Sequence record: NC_048792.1 | DNA length: 64,000 nucleotides | Reading direction: 5' to 3' (one strand) | In this document: in pieces, positions 1-9,152 of the stretch | How the letters are laid out: each line of letters starts with the position of its first letter | How positions within the stretch are numbered: position 1 is the stretch's first letter | Notes under the pieces: generated by a model | What the model saw: the letters and a program-made list of their open reading frames with translations, nothing else | What the model was told of the DNA's origin: nothing | Databases searched by the model: none | Position numbers and translations under genes: made by a program

Positions 1-179
1 AGCAGTTCGTTCACCCGATCGAATTCAAAGTGTTGTTCGTCCGTGGTTTCGAAACCCGTATCCGCGTGATGTACTCCAACTCCTCAGCCACTGATCCTAA
101 CATGTGCGTATTCCAGGGCATCGAATTCCTCGACCTGACCGACGCAAACTAATTCTACCAATCCGAAATAGCGGTCTTA

Positions 180-722
180 ATGGCCGCTAATAAATTTAAG
201 GAGCTTAACGTGACTAAACGATTTATTCTGCTGAAGGACATCTTTGGTGAAAGTTGGAAACGAGGTGGCGTAGTAGACTTAGCCGAAGTGACCATGATCG
301 CACCGGCTAATATCGCTGTACCGCGTACTCTCAACGATATCCGCATCATCACTCGTGGCGGTGCAGAAACTCGCATCATCGTTGAAGATTTAAATCAGTC
401 CTCTATCGTAGCCGCTAACGATAAGTTGGTACAGGCCTTCATGGATTACGTTACCGCTCAAGCAGAGGGGCCGGAACTTCCCCCGGAACAAATTAAACCA
501 ACACGGGAAGAAAAGCTGGCTCGGTTCAATGAAATGGTCATTGCTGAAATTTCAAAGTTAACTGACTATGGTCGGTTAAGCGCATTTCACCTGAGCATTA
601 CTGAAACAACGGAGTGGAATCAAAAAGATCTCAACGATCTTGATTCCTTCCTTAAGTATCGTCCGGGTGCGTGGACTAACCAATATCGTAAAATCATGGA
701 GTGCGAAGATGATCTTTGGTAA
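180..722 (+). CDS. hypothetical protein
   Basis: 180-aa ORF with phage-like codon usage. Its stop overlaps the start of the next gene. Confidence 0.75.
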   Translation: MAANKFKELNVTKRFILLKDIFGESWKRGGVVDLAEVTMIAPANIAVPRTLNDIRIITRGGAETRIIVEDLNQSSIVAANDKLVQAFMDYVTAQAEGPELPPEQIKPTREEKLARFNEMVIAEISKLTDYGRLSAFHLSITETTEWNQKDLNDLDSFLKYRPGAWTNQYRKIMECEDDLW

Positions 723-1011
723 CTACAAATCAGCCACGATCCAACGTTCAGACGTACCTGATCTGAGATCGCTGTACATCATGGTACTGCTCAACTCCCA
801 CGCTGTCGACCATCTGGCTGAATACGCTATGGTGCGCGATGAGACAACCGTCGGCGTATTCGCTGTTAAACCAACTGGCGAGACTGTAGAAGACTCGCTC
901 ACCATTATTCGTTTAACCGGCGGGGCTGTTAAGTTCATCCTTTCCGAATCCATGATTGAGTTTACCGTCGATCAATCCTTCCTCAAACGTTTTATCTCAG
1001 GAATTCAATAA
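709..1011 (+). CDS. hypothetical protein (about 100 aa)
   Basis: The ORF track starts at 640, but the ATG at 709 has a GGAG SD upstream. Its TAA overlaps the next ATG (TAATG). Confidence 0.7.
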   Translation: MIFGNYKSATIQRSDVPDLRSLYIMVLLNSHAVDHLAEYAMVRDETTVGVFAVKPTGETVEDSLTIIRLTGGAVKFILSESMIEFTVDQSFLKRFISGIQ

Positions 1012-1487
1012 TGGCCAGAAAAGTAGAAGTTACTTCCCTTACCGATGATGCCGGTGAACTAGCCTTAACGCTGACCTACGAAGGCCACTCGGAAACTGCG
1101 CGTTTTACCACCGAAGAGTTGAAACCTCTCGATGGATTAAAGTACGCGCTCTGCCTTTTATTTGCAGACGATTGGAAAGAAGAAGGTTTCATTCGCCGGA
1201 TGCATATTACTGAGATAGTAATCAAGTACGATATTACTATCTCTAAAGAAGCGGAGCTTGCGGCGATCCAGTTGAACAATGGTTTCAAAGAACTCTTCCG
1301 TGAATTCCCAGGCTCCGTCGGCAGCAAAGAAGACCGCGTTGACGCACTGATCCAGGCTCTGGTGGCGGACATCAACACTCGCGCCCTGCACAATCATCAA
1401 CACGGCGATCCTTGGACTCTGGAAGACTGTAAGAAAGGTGCCGACCTGGGCCGCAAAGTAGCATTTCAGTTGAAAGAACTATTGTAA
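1011..1487 (+). CDS. hypothetical protein
   Basis: 158-aa ORF, translationally coupled to the previous gene and followed by a hairpin terminator. Confidence 0.75.
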   Translation: MARKVEVTSLTDDAGELALTLTYEGHSETARFTTEELKPLDGLKYALCLLFADDWKEEGFIRRMHITEIVIKYDITISKEAELAAIQLNNGFKELFREFPGSVGSKEDRVDALIQALVADINTRALHNHQHGDPWTLEDCKKGADLGRKVAFQLKELL

Positions 1488-1494
1488 CATAATC

Positions 1495-1520
1495 GCAGAG
1501 TACCCTTAGGGGTACTCTGC
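1495..1520 (+). terminator. hairpin terminator
   Basis: GCAGAGTACCC-TTAG-GGGTACTCTGC perfect 11-bp stem just after the stop codon. Confidence 0.75.
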
Positions 1521-1558
1521 TTCATCTAAAGTAACTATTTCTTTTTTTGGAGAATTCA

Positions 1559-2203
1559 ATGAAAACTAAAGTCGAACGTATAAAGGCTGTGTGCGATAAA
1601 CTGAATCCCGAAAAAGAATACTTCTTTACTGGGATCGGTTCAACCGAAGTAACCGAAGACGAGTTCTCTTTAATGAAAATGCTCGCCTCAGTAATCTCAG
1701 TTACTTTCAGAATCGGAGTTCGTTCAGGCCGTGCTCCTGGATCGGACCAAGCCTTCCAAGCTGGCGTGGAGTATTCCAACCATAAATGTAGTTTGAACAA
1801 TCTCCCCTTAGCTCCATTGGAGATTTATTTACCCTGGAAAAAGTTTGAGCTTGATAACCCGAATACCTCTAAGGATAATTCAATTTGGGAAATGGATCAC
1901 TACGACAAAGCCTCAGAGATCTGCTCAACTATTCACCCTATCTTCGACAGACTCACGGATGCCCAACGTAAGTTCCATGTACGTAACGTTTATCAGACCT
2001 TAGGTAAAGACCTAAACTCTCCGTCCCTCTTTGTGCTCTATTGTGCAGATGAGGATAAACACGGATTACCTAAGGGAGGAACTCGCACGGCTACTAAGTT
2101 AGCAGTAGATAGAAACATTCCTGTTTTGAACATCCGTGGTAAAACGCTAACGTTTATAATGGACTGGGTTCTAGAGATACTGGAGAGTCGGTTGTTATGT
2201 TAA
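1559..2203 (+). CDS. SLOG/DprA-like nucleotide-binding protein
   Basis: Motifs FTGIGS..., SGRAPGSDQAFQAG, LEIYLPW and KGGTRTATKLAVDRNIPVLNI match the SLOG (DprA/YpsA-like) pattern. GGAG SD precedes the ATG at 1559. Confidence 0.65.
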   Translation: MKTKVERIKAVCDKLNPEKEYFFTGIGSTEVTEDEFSLMKMLASVISVTFRIGVRSGRAPGSDQAFQAGVEYSNHKCSLNNLPLAPLEIYLPWKKFELDNPNTSKDNSIWEMDHYDKASEICSTIHPIFDRLTDAQRKFHVRNVYQTLGKDLNSPSLFVLYCADEDKHGLPKGGTRTATKLAVDRNIPVLNIRGKTLTFIMDWVLEILESRLLC

Positions 2204-2234
2204 TTCGACAACCATGTGAAAAGGAATAACCAAA

Positions 2235-3104
2235 ATGTTAAGATCAAAAATCTTAGCGCGCTCTGCAGTCAGCAACGAAAGTTTCCTCGACTCCTTGAGA
2301 GCCAAAAAAGAACCAGAAACTAAAACGTTGCTGACGATCCCAGAGAAGACGATCGAAGCTACCGGGTATCTGGAAAAACACAAGAACGATGTCGAGAATA
2401 AACTCGGCTCCGCTGAGTGGGTAGCTGAGCATTCCGACATCTCAACGATCAATCCGCTCTGGAGCCTGGTTCTCCTTAATGGGGAACTCCCAGAGAACAT
2501 CGGTAAAGCGCTGACCGATAACTTCAAAGAAGCCATCGACTACGCCAAAGAAGGCGCGAAGGTACTCGAAGCTCGCAGTAAAGAGATCCGTGGTATCGAG
2601 AAGAAACTGGACGAAGACTACCAGGCCGATAAAATCGAGAACGCTTCTGCCGCTATCCAAAGCGCCTACTCGGACATCAAATGTCCACTGGAAGGCCTTA
2701 AGTTCGACAAACCGATGCTCGGCGGTTTCGAAGTAGAGATGGACGGCACCAAACGCAAATACAAATTCCATGACGGTAAAGTCACCCTGGAAGAACTGCC
2801 TGCTACCCAAGATATCGCCAAAGCGGTTAAAGTCGCTTTCGGTATTGTAGAAGAAGGTATGAAGTTCCTGAACGAATGGGACGACTACAAACTCTTCGAC
2901 GTTCCCGGTATCGATACTTCCGAAGGTATCTGGCGTGACCAATCCGTCAAGCACAACAACAAAAAGATCCGCGAGATCTCCGACTTCATCGATTCTGAAT
3001 GCCATGTAGAAATCGCTGAGCTGTTCTACGTATCTCCTCTGCGTGCTGCGATTGATTCTGCGGTTGCCTTTATCCGCCTGGTCAACGACTCGAGCAAGAA
3101 GTAA
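2235..3104 (+). CDS. putative processed head (virion) protein
   Basis: N-terminal AVSNE/SF resembles the [A/S]-x-E prohead-protease site of phiKZ-like head proteins. Strongly biased codons. Confidence 0.55.
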   Translation: MLRSKILARSAVSNESFLDSLRAKKEPETKTLLTIPEKTIEATGYLEKHKNDVENKLGSAEWVAEHSDISTINPLWSLVLLNGELPENIGKALTDNFKEAIDYAKEGAKVLEARSKEIRGIEKKLDEDYQADKIENASAAIQSAYSDIKCPLEGLKFDKPMLGGFEVEMDGTKRKYKFHDGKVTLEELPATQDIAKAVKVAFGIVEEGMKFLNEWDDYKLFDVPGIDTSEGIWRDQSVKHNNKKIREISDFIDSECHVEIAELFYVSPLRAAIDSAVAFIRLVNDSSKK

Positions 3105-3133
3105 ACCCTAATTACGGGTGGAATCCAAGTCAC

Positions 3134-3145
3134 GTATATATTACT
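3134..3145 (+). promoter_or_regulatory. putative early (virion RNAP) promoter, TATATTAC
   Basis: GTATATATTACT, identical to the 12-mer at 44098, lying upstream of a gene in an AT-rich spacer. It resembles the phiKZ early TATTAC motif. Confidence 0.55.
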
Positions 3146-3224
3146 CTAATGTAGGGGATTAGCTACCCTCTATTAAAAAATCTTAACCTTGGCTTTCTTA
3201 GCCTCCTTTGCAAAGGATTTTTAA

Positions 3225-4571
3225 ATGAGTAAAGTAATACTGGCGGAAGATTCCACCTTAATCAATAAAAGTAGTTTACTCCTGGGCCAACCAAGCCCAG
3301 GGGTTTATGACCTTCTGATGACGATTGCGATCAACGCACTTCGTAAGCCTGAGGTCTTATTACCTGGCGCCCTGAAGGACGTCACCGAGCTGTTCAATAC
3401 CGAGCGATGGGGTAAGGAGGGGTCTATTCCTCTTGCCTCCCTGCCGCCTTCTATAACGTCTGTATCGGGAGCTGAATTCTCAATCAACACCAAAGAAACG
3501 ATTTTCGAGGATGGTGATTACGAGAAGATCGTGGATATAATTCCGATTGACGACCTGATGGGAGATTTCGGATTCAACCGATCTGAGGGCGCTTTCGCTG
3601 GCGTCTATATCTTGTCGTTCTCGAATAAACCGATCTCCTATATTGGATCGAGTGTAAACGTATACAAACGGTTAAAAGAGCACCTTAACGATTTGGCAAG
3701 TAATCGCCATTGTAACGGTAAGCTTCAGACCTTCTACAATCTACACAAAGACGACCCAGTAGTTAGGATCAAGGCACAGGTTATTCGTACCACTGAAACC
3801 CTGACTCCTTTCTGGTTAGAGAATGAGGCTTTGAATTACGTTAAACGTAAACAAGCCGTGTTCAATATCGGAGATACCGCCGAACTTCCTAAACTAGGCG
3901 TAAAAGCTTCTGACGAAACCCGCCGTAAACAATCTCTAGCTAAGATGGGTAAGGTGGCTTCTGATGAAACCAAACGTAAGATGTCTGAAGTACGGAAAGG
4001 TAGACCTAACTCCGAGGAACATATTCGGAATACAGCGACTGCCATTTCCAAAGCAATCATGGGTGACGGGATTAAGTATCCGTCCGCTTCAGAGTGCGCC
4101 CGTATTCTCGGCATCAATCAGTCTAGTGTCACCCGTAGGTTAGTTAATAAAAACTATCCAGGATGGTACATGATCGGCTCTGAACATGATCCTGATGTTA
4201 AATCAGGTAAGAAAGTAGAAACGGTATCTATTAACTCGGATAAGACTGGTTATCGGGTGGATGGTAAAATATACTTTACATCAACCGAAGTTGGAGAGGT
4301 TTACAACGTATCCTCGTCTACTGTAATCAGAAGGGCTCAGGATGATAGATTCCCTAACTGGGAAAAGATAGAAATCGATGACCCTGCTAAATTAGTCAGA
4401 TCAACTTCGAAAGCTGTTGTAGTAGATGGAGTCCATTACCCGTCTCTACGAATTGCCGCAGATACTTTAGGTAAACACTACAGTACTCTGTCAGCCAAGA
4501 TGGATCATCCGACTAATCACCCCAACACGTATTATGTTGGATCAGATAAAGACCCTTTAATTAAGAAGTAG
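3225..4571 (+). CDS. free-standing GIY-YIG homing endonuclease with NUMOD3 and HTH (NUMOD1/IENR1-like) repeats
   Basis: GVYIL...SYIGSS.NVYKRLKEH...HCNGKLQ catalytic domain, ASDETRRKQS/ASDETKRKMS NUMOD3 repeats, and three C-terminal DG..Y.S....A..LG HTH-like units. Confidence 0.85.
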   Translation: MSKVILAEDSTLINKSSLLLGQPSPGVYDLLMTIAINALRKPEVLLPGALKDVTELFNTERWGKEGSIPLASLPPSITSVSGAEFSINTKETIFEDGDYEKIVDIIPIDDLMGDFGFNRSEGAFAGVYILSFSNKPISYIGSSVNVYKRLKEHLNDLASNRHCNGKLQTFYNLHKDDPVVRIKAQVIRTTETLTPFWLENEALNYVKRKQAVFNIGDTAELPKLGVKASDETRRKQSLAKMGKVASDETKRKMSEVRKGRPNSEEHIRNTATAISKAIMGDGIKYPSASECARILGINQSSVTRRLVNKNYPGWYMIGSEHDPDVKSGKKVETVSINSDKTGYRVDGKIYFTSTEVGEVYNVSSSTVIRRAQDDRFPNWEKIEIDDPAKLVRSTSKAVVVDGVHYPSLRIAADTLGKHYSTLSAKMDHPTNHPNTYYVGSDKDPLIKK

Positions 4572-4574
4572 AAC

Positions 4575-4609
4575 ATAGCCAGAGTACCCTTCGGGGTACT
4601 CTGGACTAT
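4575..4609. terminator. bidirectional hairpin terminator
   Basis: CCAGAGTACCC-TTCG-GGGTACTCTGG between convergent genes, with a T-run downstream. Confidence 0.8.
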
Positions 4610-4646
4610 TCTTCACGGTTACTTATTTTTTTTTGGCTAGGCGGAC

Positions 4647-6035
4647 CTAGAATAGGTCACGTTGCCAATTCCATTTTTCTGTCTTAACTGCCTTTCCATG
4701 CATGGACTGCATGAAGATATTCATTAGTACGTTACCGACCTCGGTCGCTAATGAGCTCATAGCCTGCTTAGAATCGACGTAGCGCTCACCAAGGCACTTC
4801 ACGCAGAAGTTACCATCAACTGTATTGCAGAACTGCGGAGAACGCATTACAGTAGGTTTTCCGTAAAACTCACTTACGTTATCTGGCGTAATCTGAACCA
4901 TCTTGCCATTAACTAGAGCGTATGCCCAGTAGAACCCTTCTGCGCTATCCCTATCGATAACGTGAAGTTTACCTAACACACTGCCGCAATCATCTTCTGA
5001 AACGTTGGTGTTCAGGAAGAAGCGAGACAAGAACTTCGCTGCCTCGCCACCTAGCGCTGTCAAGAAGCCACGGTTAAAGGAACCATCGATTAGGGAGTTA
5101 GCCATCTGCGGTAAACGTTTGATGTCCCATTGCTCTGCCAGGGAACGATCGATAACCGTGATCTTGTTGGGATCGTTAAAGTCACGTTCTATACCGTGCA
5201 TTACGTAGGACTTCATGCGCGTGATGTCAAAGTCTTTACCGTTCTTCAAGAACCCTTTCTCCGGGTCTTGATCCTGGAAGGCTTTATCCATATCCTTCAG
5301 CTCACCCATGATCTTAGCTACGACAGTTGCATCGTGGAGTTGATCCTTGTATTGCTCCAAGAGCTCGTTACGACGCTTGATGATATTTTTATCGGTCAAG
5401 ATCGTGTAAGGAGTAGCAGCAGGGGCAGCCAATTGACACCAGCCAGTTACCGAGTAGGCAGCTTGGTAATATTTCTTTTCCAGATCGTCGGTGTAGATCT
5501 TGGTAGCGTCACGCTCTTCCCCTTGTTCAGGAGTAGAAGTAAGCAACTCGGCGATTTTAGATTCGATAGCACCGATCTTGATTTGACCAGCCATGAAAGG
5601 AATCGTAGCACCGAAGCTGTGGCAGAGTATAGTTTGGTTCACTACCACGTTGCCATACCAGGTAGTCAGTTCCCGATCTACGTTTACTAGGTCGCCTTTG
5701 TTCAGCGTGATTTCATCTTTGAACCGGAAGAACGGATAGTTTAACCGGACTTCTTGGAGAGGTTCCCAGGCTTGCGTATCACGATCGAAGAAGACCACGC
5801 GGTCATCGTCTTTGAAGAGTTGATAAGGATAGCGTTCGAACGCATAGCGATCAGGTTCGTTGTCGTAGACAATCTTTCCGTAAGGATCCTGAATCATTAG
5901 CTCTTTAGCCGTGATGAGGTTTTCTACCTCAGGACGATTAGGGAGCGCAACCATGGCGAAACATTCTACCATCCATTCCTTGTATTGGTAGGCACCCGCA
6001 CGGAGCGCCTTAAGGAAGTAATCTCGCTTAAGCAT
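4647..6035 (-). CDS. virion RNA polymerase beta' C-terminal subunit (phiKZ gp80-like)
   Basis: EDDCGS, MRSPQFC...FCVKCLG Zn-binding motif and trigger-loop-like LMNIFMQSMH. The ATG at 6035 is coupled to the upstream stop. Confidence 0.85.
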   Translation of the reverse strand: MLKRDYFLKALRAGAYQYKEWMVECFAMVALPNRPEVENLITAKELMIQDPYGKIVYDNEPDRYAFERYPYQLFKDDDRVVFFDRDTQAWEPLQEVRLNYPFFRFKDEITLNKGDLVNVDRELTTWYGNVVVNQTILCHSFGATIPFMAGQIKIGAIESKIAELLTSTPEQGEERDATKIYTDDLEKKYYQAAYSVTGWCQLAAPAATPYTILTDKNIIKRRNELLEQYKDQLHDATVVAKIMGELKDMDKAFQDQDPEKGFLKNGKDFDITRMKSYVMHGIERDFNDPNKITVIDRSLAEQWDIKRLPQMANSLIDGSFNRGFLTALGGEAAKFLSRFFLNTNVSEDDCGSVLGKLHVIDRDSAEGFYWAYALVNGKMVQITPDNVSEFYGKPTVMRSPQFCNTVDGNFCVKCLGERYVDSKQAMSSLATEVGNVLMNIFMQSMHGKAVKTEKWNWQRDLF

Positions 6036-6870
6036 AGACAAACTCCGGGAGAGGCAGGGAAGCAATTTTACGGGTGACGGCTAACAGCTCAGCACCGTTA
6101 TAGTAGAACTCCATCTTAGAAGCCACGTTGGTTCTGACTTCATCTGGAGGAGTATCTGAAGCAATTGCTGAGAACAGAGCGTACTTAGCAATCAGTTCGC
6201 TATCGGTCGGTTTGAGATAACCCAGGAAATAATCCAGGTAGTTATCCATAGGCTCGCCGATAATACCGCCTTCAGTAAAGTAGGTACGGGCAGATTCGAT
6301 TTGGAGTTCCTGAAGAGCCAAACGAACACGCTCAACCAGCAGAGCATCGGCGCTAGGGATTTGTTCATCGAATTGATAAGCGAGGTCAGCAAAGGCATCT
6401 TTCCATTGACGAACCAAGGTAGTTGATACGTCTTCGATGAAATCGAGCAAGCGCTCTTGCTGAATCTCAGGACTCACCGTACCGAGGATACTGACTACCG
6501 TTTCTTTGGCTGTCAGACCTTCATCAAGGAGATTACTGAGCGTAGCCATGTCTTCGTATTGGTCAACGCGGTAAAGTGCTTTAAGCGTATCGCCAAGCAG
6601 GAATAACGCATCGCGATAATCCATGTCATCAGCCAGGTAAACGCCAAAGTCTTCGATACCTTCAGTAACAACCTGAATAAGGAAGTTATCCAACTGTTCA
6701 CGGTTGTTGGTGGTGTCGTAACTGTCCATGAACCCGACGAACTGACTGAGGTTCATTTCCATCAATGAGGGGTCTAATTGCATCAAGAAAGGGAGCAACC
6801 CTTTATATGCCGATACCCTTTCAGGCGAGTTAGTCTTTTCGACGTAACTCATTAAGTCTTCTAAGATCAC
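6028..6870 (-). CDS. hypothetical protein (acidic, helical)
   Basis: 280-aa ORF with GAGG SD before a GTG start. It overlaps the RNAP gene start. Confidence 0.75.
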   Translation of the reverse strand: MILEDLMSYVEKTNSPERVSAYKGLLPFLMQLDPSLMEMNLSQFVGFMDSYDTTNNREQLDNFLIQVVTEGIEDFGVYLADDMDYRDALFLLGDTLKALYRVDQYEDMATLSNLLDEGLTAKETVVSILGTVSPEIQQERLLDFIEDVSTTLVRQWKDAFADLAYQFDEQIPSADALLVERVRLALQELQIESARTYFTEGGIIGEPMDNYLDYFLGYLKPTDSELIAKYALFSAIASDTPPDEVRTNVASKMEFYYNGAELLAVTRKIASLPLPEFVYA

Positions 6871-6904
6871 GTGATGACCCTCAACGTTATTGAATAAATA
6901 TTTA

Positions 6905-6919
6905 CATAGGTACCGTATG
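6905..6919. promoter_or_regulatory. putative back-to-back late promoters (CATA...TATG)
   Basis: A TATG on each strand points toward the divergent genes at 6870(-) and 6963(+). TATG is the phiKZ late-promoter motif. Confidence 0.4.
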
Positions 6920-6962
6920 AGATGTAGTCTTTTATATCAAAATTCTGATAAAGGAAAATAAG

Positions 6963-7376
6963 ATGCCAGTAAGCCGAAAACCTCGTAAGAAAACGAAGGT
7001 GGTGAAAGCTACATCTCGCCCCGAAGTAACCAGGGAAAAAGTCCTGGAACAAATCGAAGTAATCCGCCAGAAGCTGATTGAAATTTATCAACTTCTCGCT
7101 TATTACACCAAGCTGAAAGAAGCCGGGACCGTACCGGAAGACCAGCTGGAGTTATTCTCCGAAAAGATTCATACGATTGGCCAAGAGTTCAACACTTATG
7201 CGACCAGTCTGGCTAAGTTTAAGAAAGAAGTGGAAGCTTTGGAAATAGGCTCAGACTGCTACCACTTGCGCGAAGTACTTAGTGAGTACCTTGTCAGGAT
7301 GTCCGCTTTCCTGGTGCCAATGGCAGAGTGTACTGATATTATCCTTAAAGTAGAAGGAAAGAAAGATGTCAACTGA
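6963..7376 (+). CDS. hypothetical protein with basic N-terminus
   Basis: MPVSRKPRKKTK followed by a helical region. AAGGA SD upstream. Confidence 0.75.
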   Translation: MPVSRKPRKKTKVVKATSRPEVTREKVLEQIEVIRQKLIEIYQLLAYYTKLKEAGTVPEDQLELFSEKIHTIGQEFNTYATSLAKFKKEVEALEIGSDCYHLREVLSEYLVRMSAFLVPMAECTDIILKVEGKKDVN

Positions 7377-9111
7377 TTTAACTCCAGGCATGGATGTAAC
7401 CCCGCCTATCGACAACGAACAACCGGCAGCAGAACAAGTTATTGCTCCGGGGGTGGAAGTAGAAAAGAAGAACATCTTTGACGACTACGAAGTCGAAACT
7501 GATGAACTTCCACCAACTATGCAGGTTGAACAACCAGCGCCGGTTGAGAAAGAAGTTCCGGTAGAAATCCCGGAAGCAGATGTACCGGTAAAAGAACCGG
7601 AGCCTATTGAGGATCCTATCTATCCGGTAGAAGACGGTACCCTGAAGATTCAAGGTGACGTCTATAAACTGATCGACTCCAAAACCGGCGTGCAGTCCGG
7701 CATGGTATTGTTGAACACCACGCGTGAAGACTTCAACAACAAAACCGAACGCATGAGCGAAGAAGAAAGTAACAACATGGAAATTCTTCCGTTCCTGCTG
7801 ACTGGTACCAGTGCCCAAGACACCGCTTACCCAGGAGAAGGTCTGATCAAAGCTACAACTCGTATCGGTAGCCGCTGGCGTCAATACCTGACCCAGGCTA
7901 ACGACTCAACGCAACTGGGCCCTCGTCGTCATCGCTTTGCGCTGACTAAAGAACAAGGTGCAGTAGTAAGTGGCCACGGTGCAGTAGACCTCTTCATGGC
8001 AGGTACTAACCTGGGCCGCTCCGTACAGATTCCTCTGTGGCATTCTGGCTTCTGGGTAACCCTGCGTGCACCGACGGGTGCCTACCTGGCAGAGATCGAC
8101 CGTGCTCTGGCTTTCTCTCGTGAAGAGATCGGCCTGGATACTAACGGTGCTGTTGGTTCTAACGATGCGTTGGTATTCGACGAAGTTCTGTTGGACTCCG
8201 CATTGAAGTTGGTAACCAGCTCTACTCTGCCATTCTCCAAGAACCCATTGGAGCTGAAAGAGTTCATCGCTAAGAATGATATCCCGGTACTCATCTGGGG
8301 TATGGCAATGGCTGCATTCCCTGACGGTACTCCGATTGCAATTCCATGCGCCGAGTGCCACGATGTACAAACTGTTCATGCAAACCCGCTGCGCATGTTC
8401 TGGGTTGATGAGTCTCGCTTCACTGCGAAACAACTGGCTCACATGGGCCGCACCAATAAAGTCCAAACGAAAGTTGAAGACTTGGTTAAGTACCATGAAG
8501 AGTTCGAAATCCTGAACACCGCTAACTGGGAATACAACGGTCGTGTGTTCTACTTCAACGATCCGTCTGCAGATGAGTACCTGGTACGTGGGCGCGAGTG
8601 GATCAGTTCGATTAACCGCGCACTGTCAGAATCTCTGCGTTCTCAATACGATGATGCTGAGCACCGTGCCGCAGCAGTTCAGTCGGCGCTGTCTACCGAA
8701 GACCTGTGCCGCTTTGCACATTACATCAAAGAGATCAAGGTTCCGTCCCAGGATCACGAAGGTGGTTACTACCTGATTCAGGACATGCCTACTATCATTG
8801 ATGTCCTCCGTCAACTGGCCGCAGACGCGAAAGGTTCCATGGAACTGATGGGCGCTATCAACGACTTCGTCAATGACTCCATTGGTGCGTTGGTTGGGTT
8901 CCCTAACGTCGCTTGTCCAAGCTGTGGTAAATACCACTTGAACAAGAAAGGAGAAAGCACGGTTATCGTTCCGTTTAACCCTGCCACCGGTTTTTTTACC
9001 CTTGCACAACACAGGATCCGCGTCTCGGGTGGAATACCACTGACAAACCTACAGACATTAGGAGTGAGCGCTTTGGTAACCAGGGTCTCGGAGAGCGGGC
9101 TGCCGGTATAA
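7366..9111 (+). CDS. putative tail/baseplate assembly chaperone (T4 gp26-like or G-like), two CxxC motifs
   Basis: Contains CAEC and CPSCG, has a P/E/V-rich N-terminus, and a late GFF encoded by T_TTT_TTT. It is paired with a short downstream ORF, as in gp26/gp51-type pairs. Confidence 0.5.
   Translation: MSTDLTPGMDVTPPIDNEQPAAEQVIAPGVEVEKKNIFDDYEVETDELPPTMQVEQPAPVEKEVPVEIPEADVPVKEPEPIEDPIYPVEDGTLKIQGDVYKLIDSKTGVQSGMVLLNTTREDFNNKTERMSEEESNNMEILPFLLTGTSAQDTAYPGEGLIKATTRIGSRWRQYLTQANDSTQLGPRRHRFALTKEQGAVVSGHGAVDLFMAGTNLGRSVQIPLWHSGFWVTLRAPTGAYLAEIDRALAFSREEIGLDTNGAVGSNDALVFDEVLLDSALKLVTSSTLPFSKNPLELKEFIAKNDIPVLIWGMAMAAFPDGTPIAIPCAECHDVQTVHANPLRMFWVDESRFTAKQLAHMGRTNKVQTKVEDLVKYHEEFEILNTANWEYNGRVFYFNDPSADEYLVRGREWISSINRALSESLRSQYDDAEHRAAAVQSALSTEDLCRFAHYIKEIKVPSQDHEGGYYLIQDMPTIIDVLRQLAADAKGSMELMGAINDFVNDSIGALVGFPNVACPSCGKYHLNKKGESTVIVPFNPATGFFTLAQHRIRVSGGIPLTNLQTLGVSALVTRVSESGLPV
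8991..8997 (+). other. putative programmed -1 frameshift slippery site T_TTT_TTT
   Basis: The heptamer is in correct X_XXY_YYZ register. The -1 frame is closed by TAA at 8976 and open from 8979 through the 9153-9482 ORF. Confidence 0.7.
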
Positions 9112-9152
9112 TCGAAACCTACCACGGCCTAGGGAGTCTTCAGAGTAAGATA

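Noticed and set aside
8948-8953. AAGGAG as an SD-type frameshift stimulator
   Set aside because: It lies about 38 nt upstream of the slippery site, well beyond the ~10-14 nt spacing of dnaX-type stimulators.
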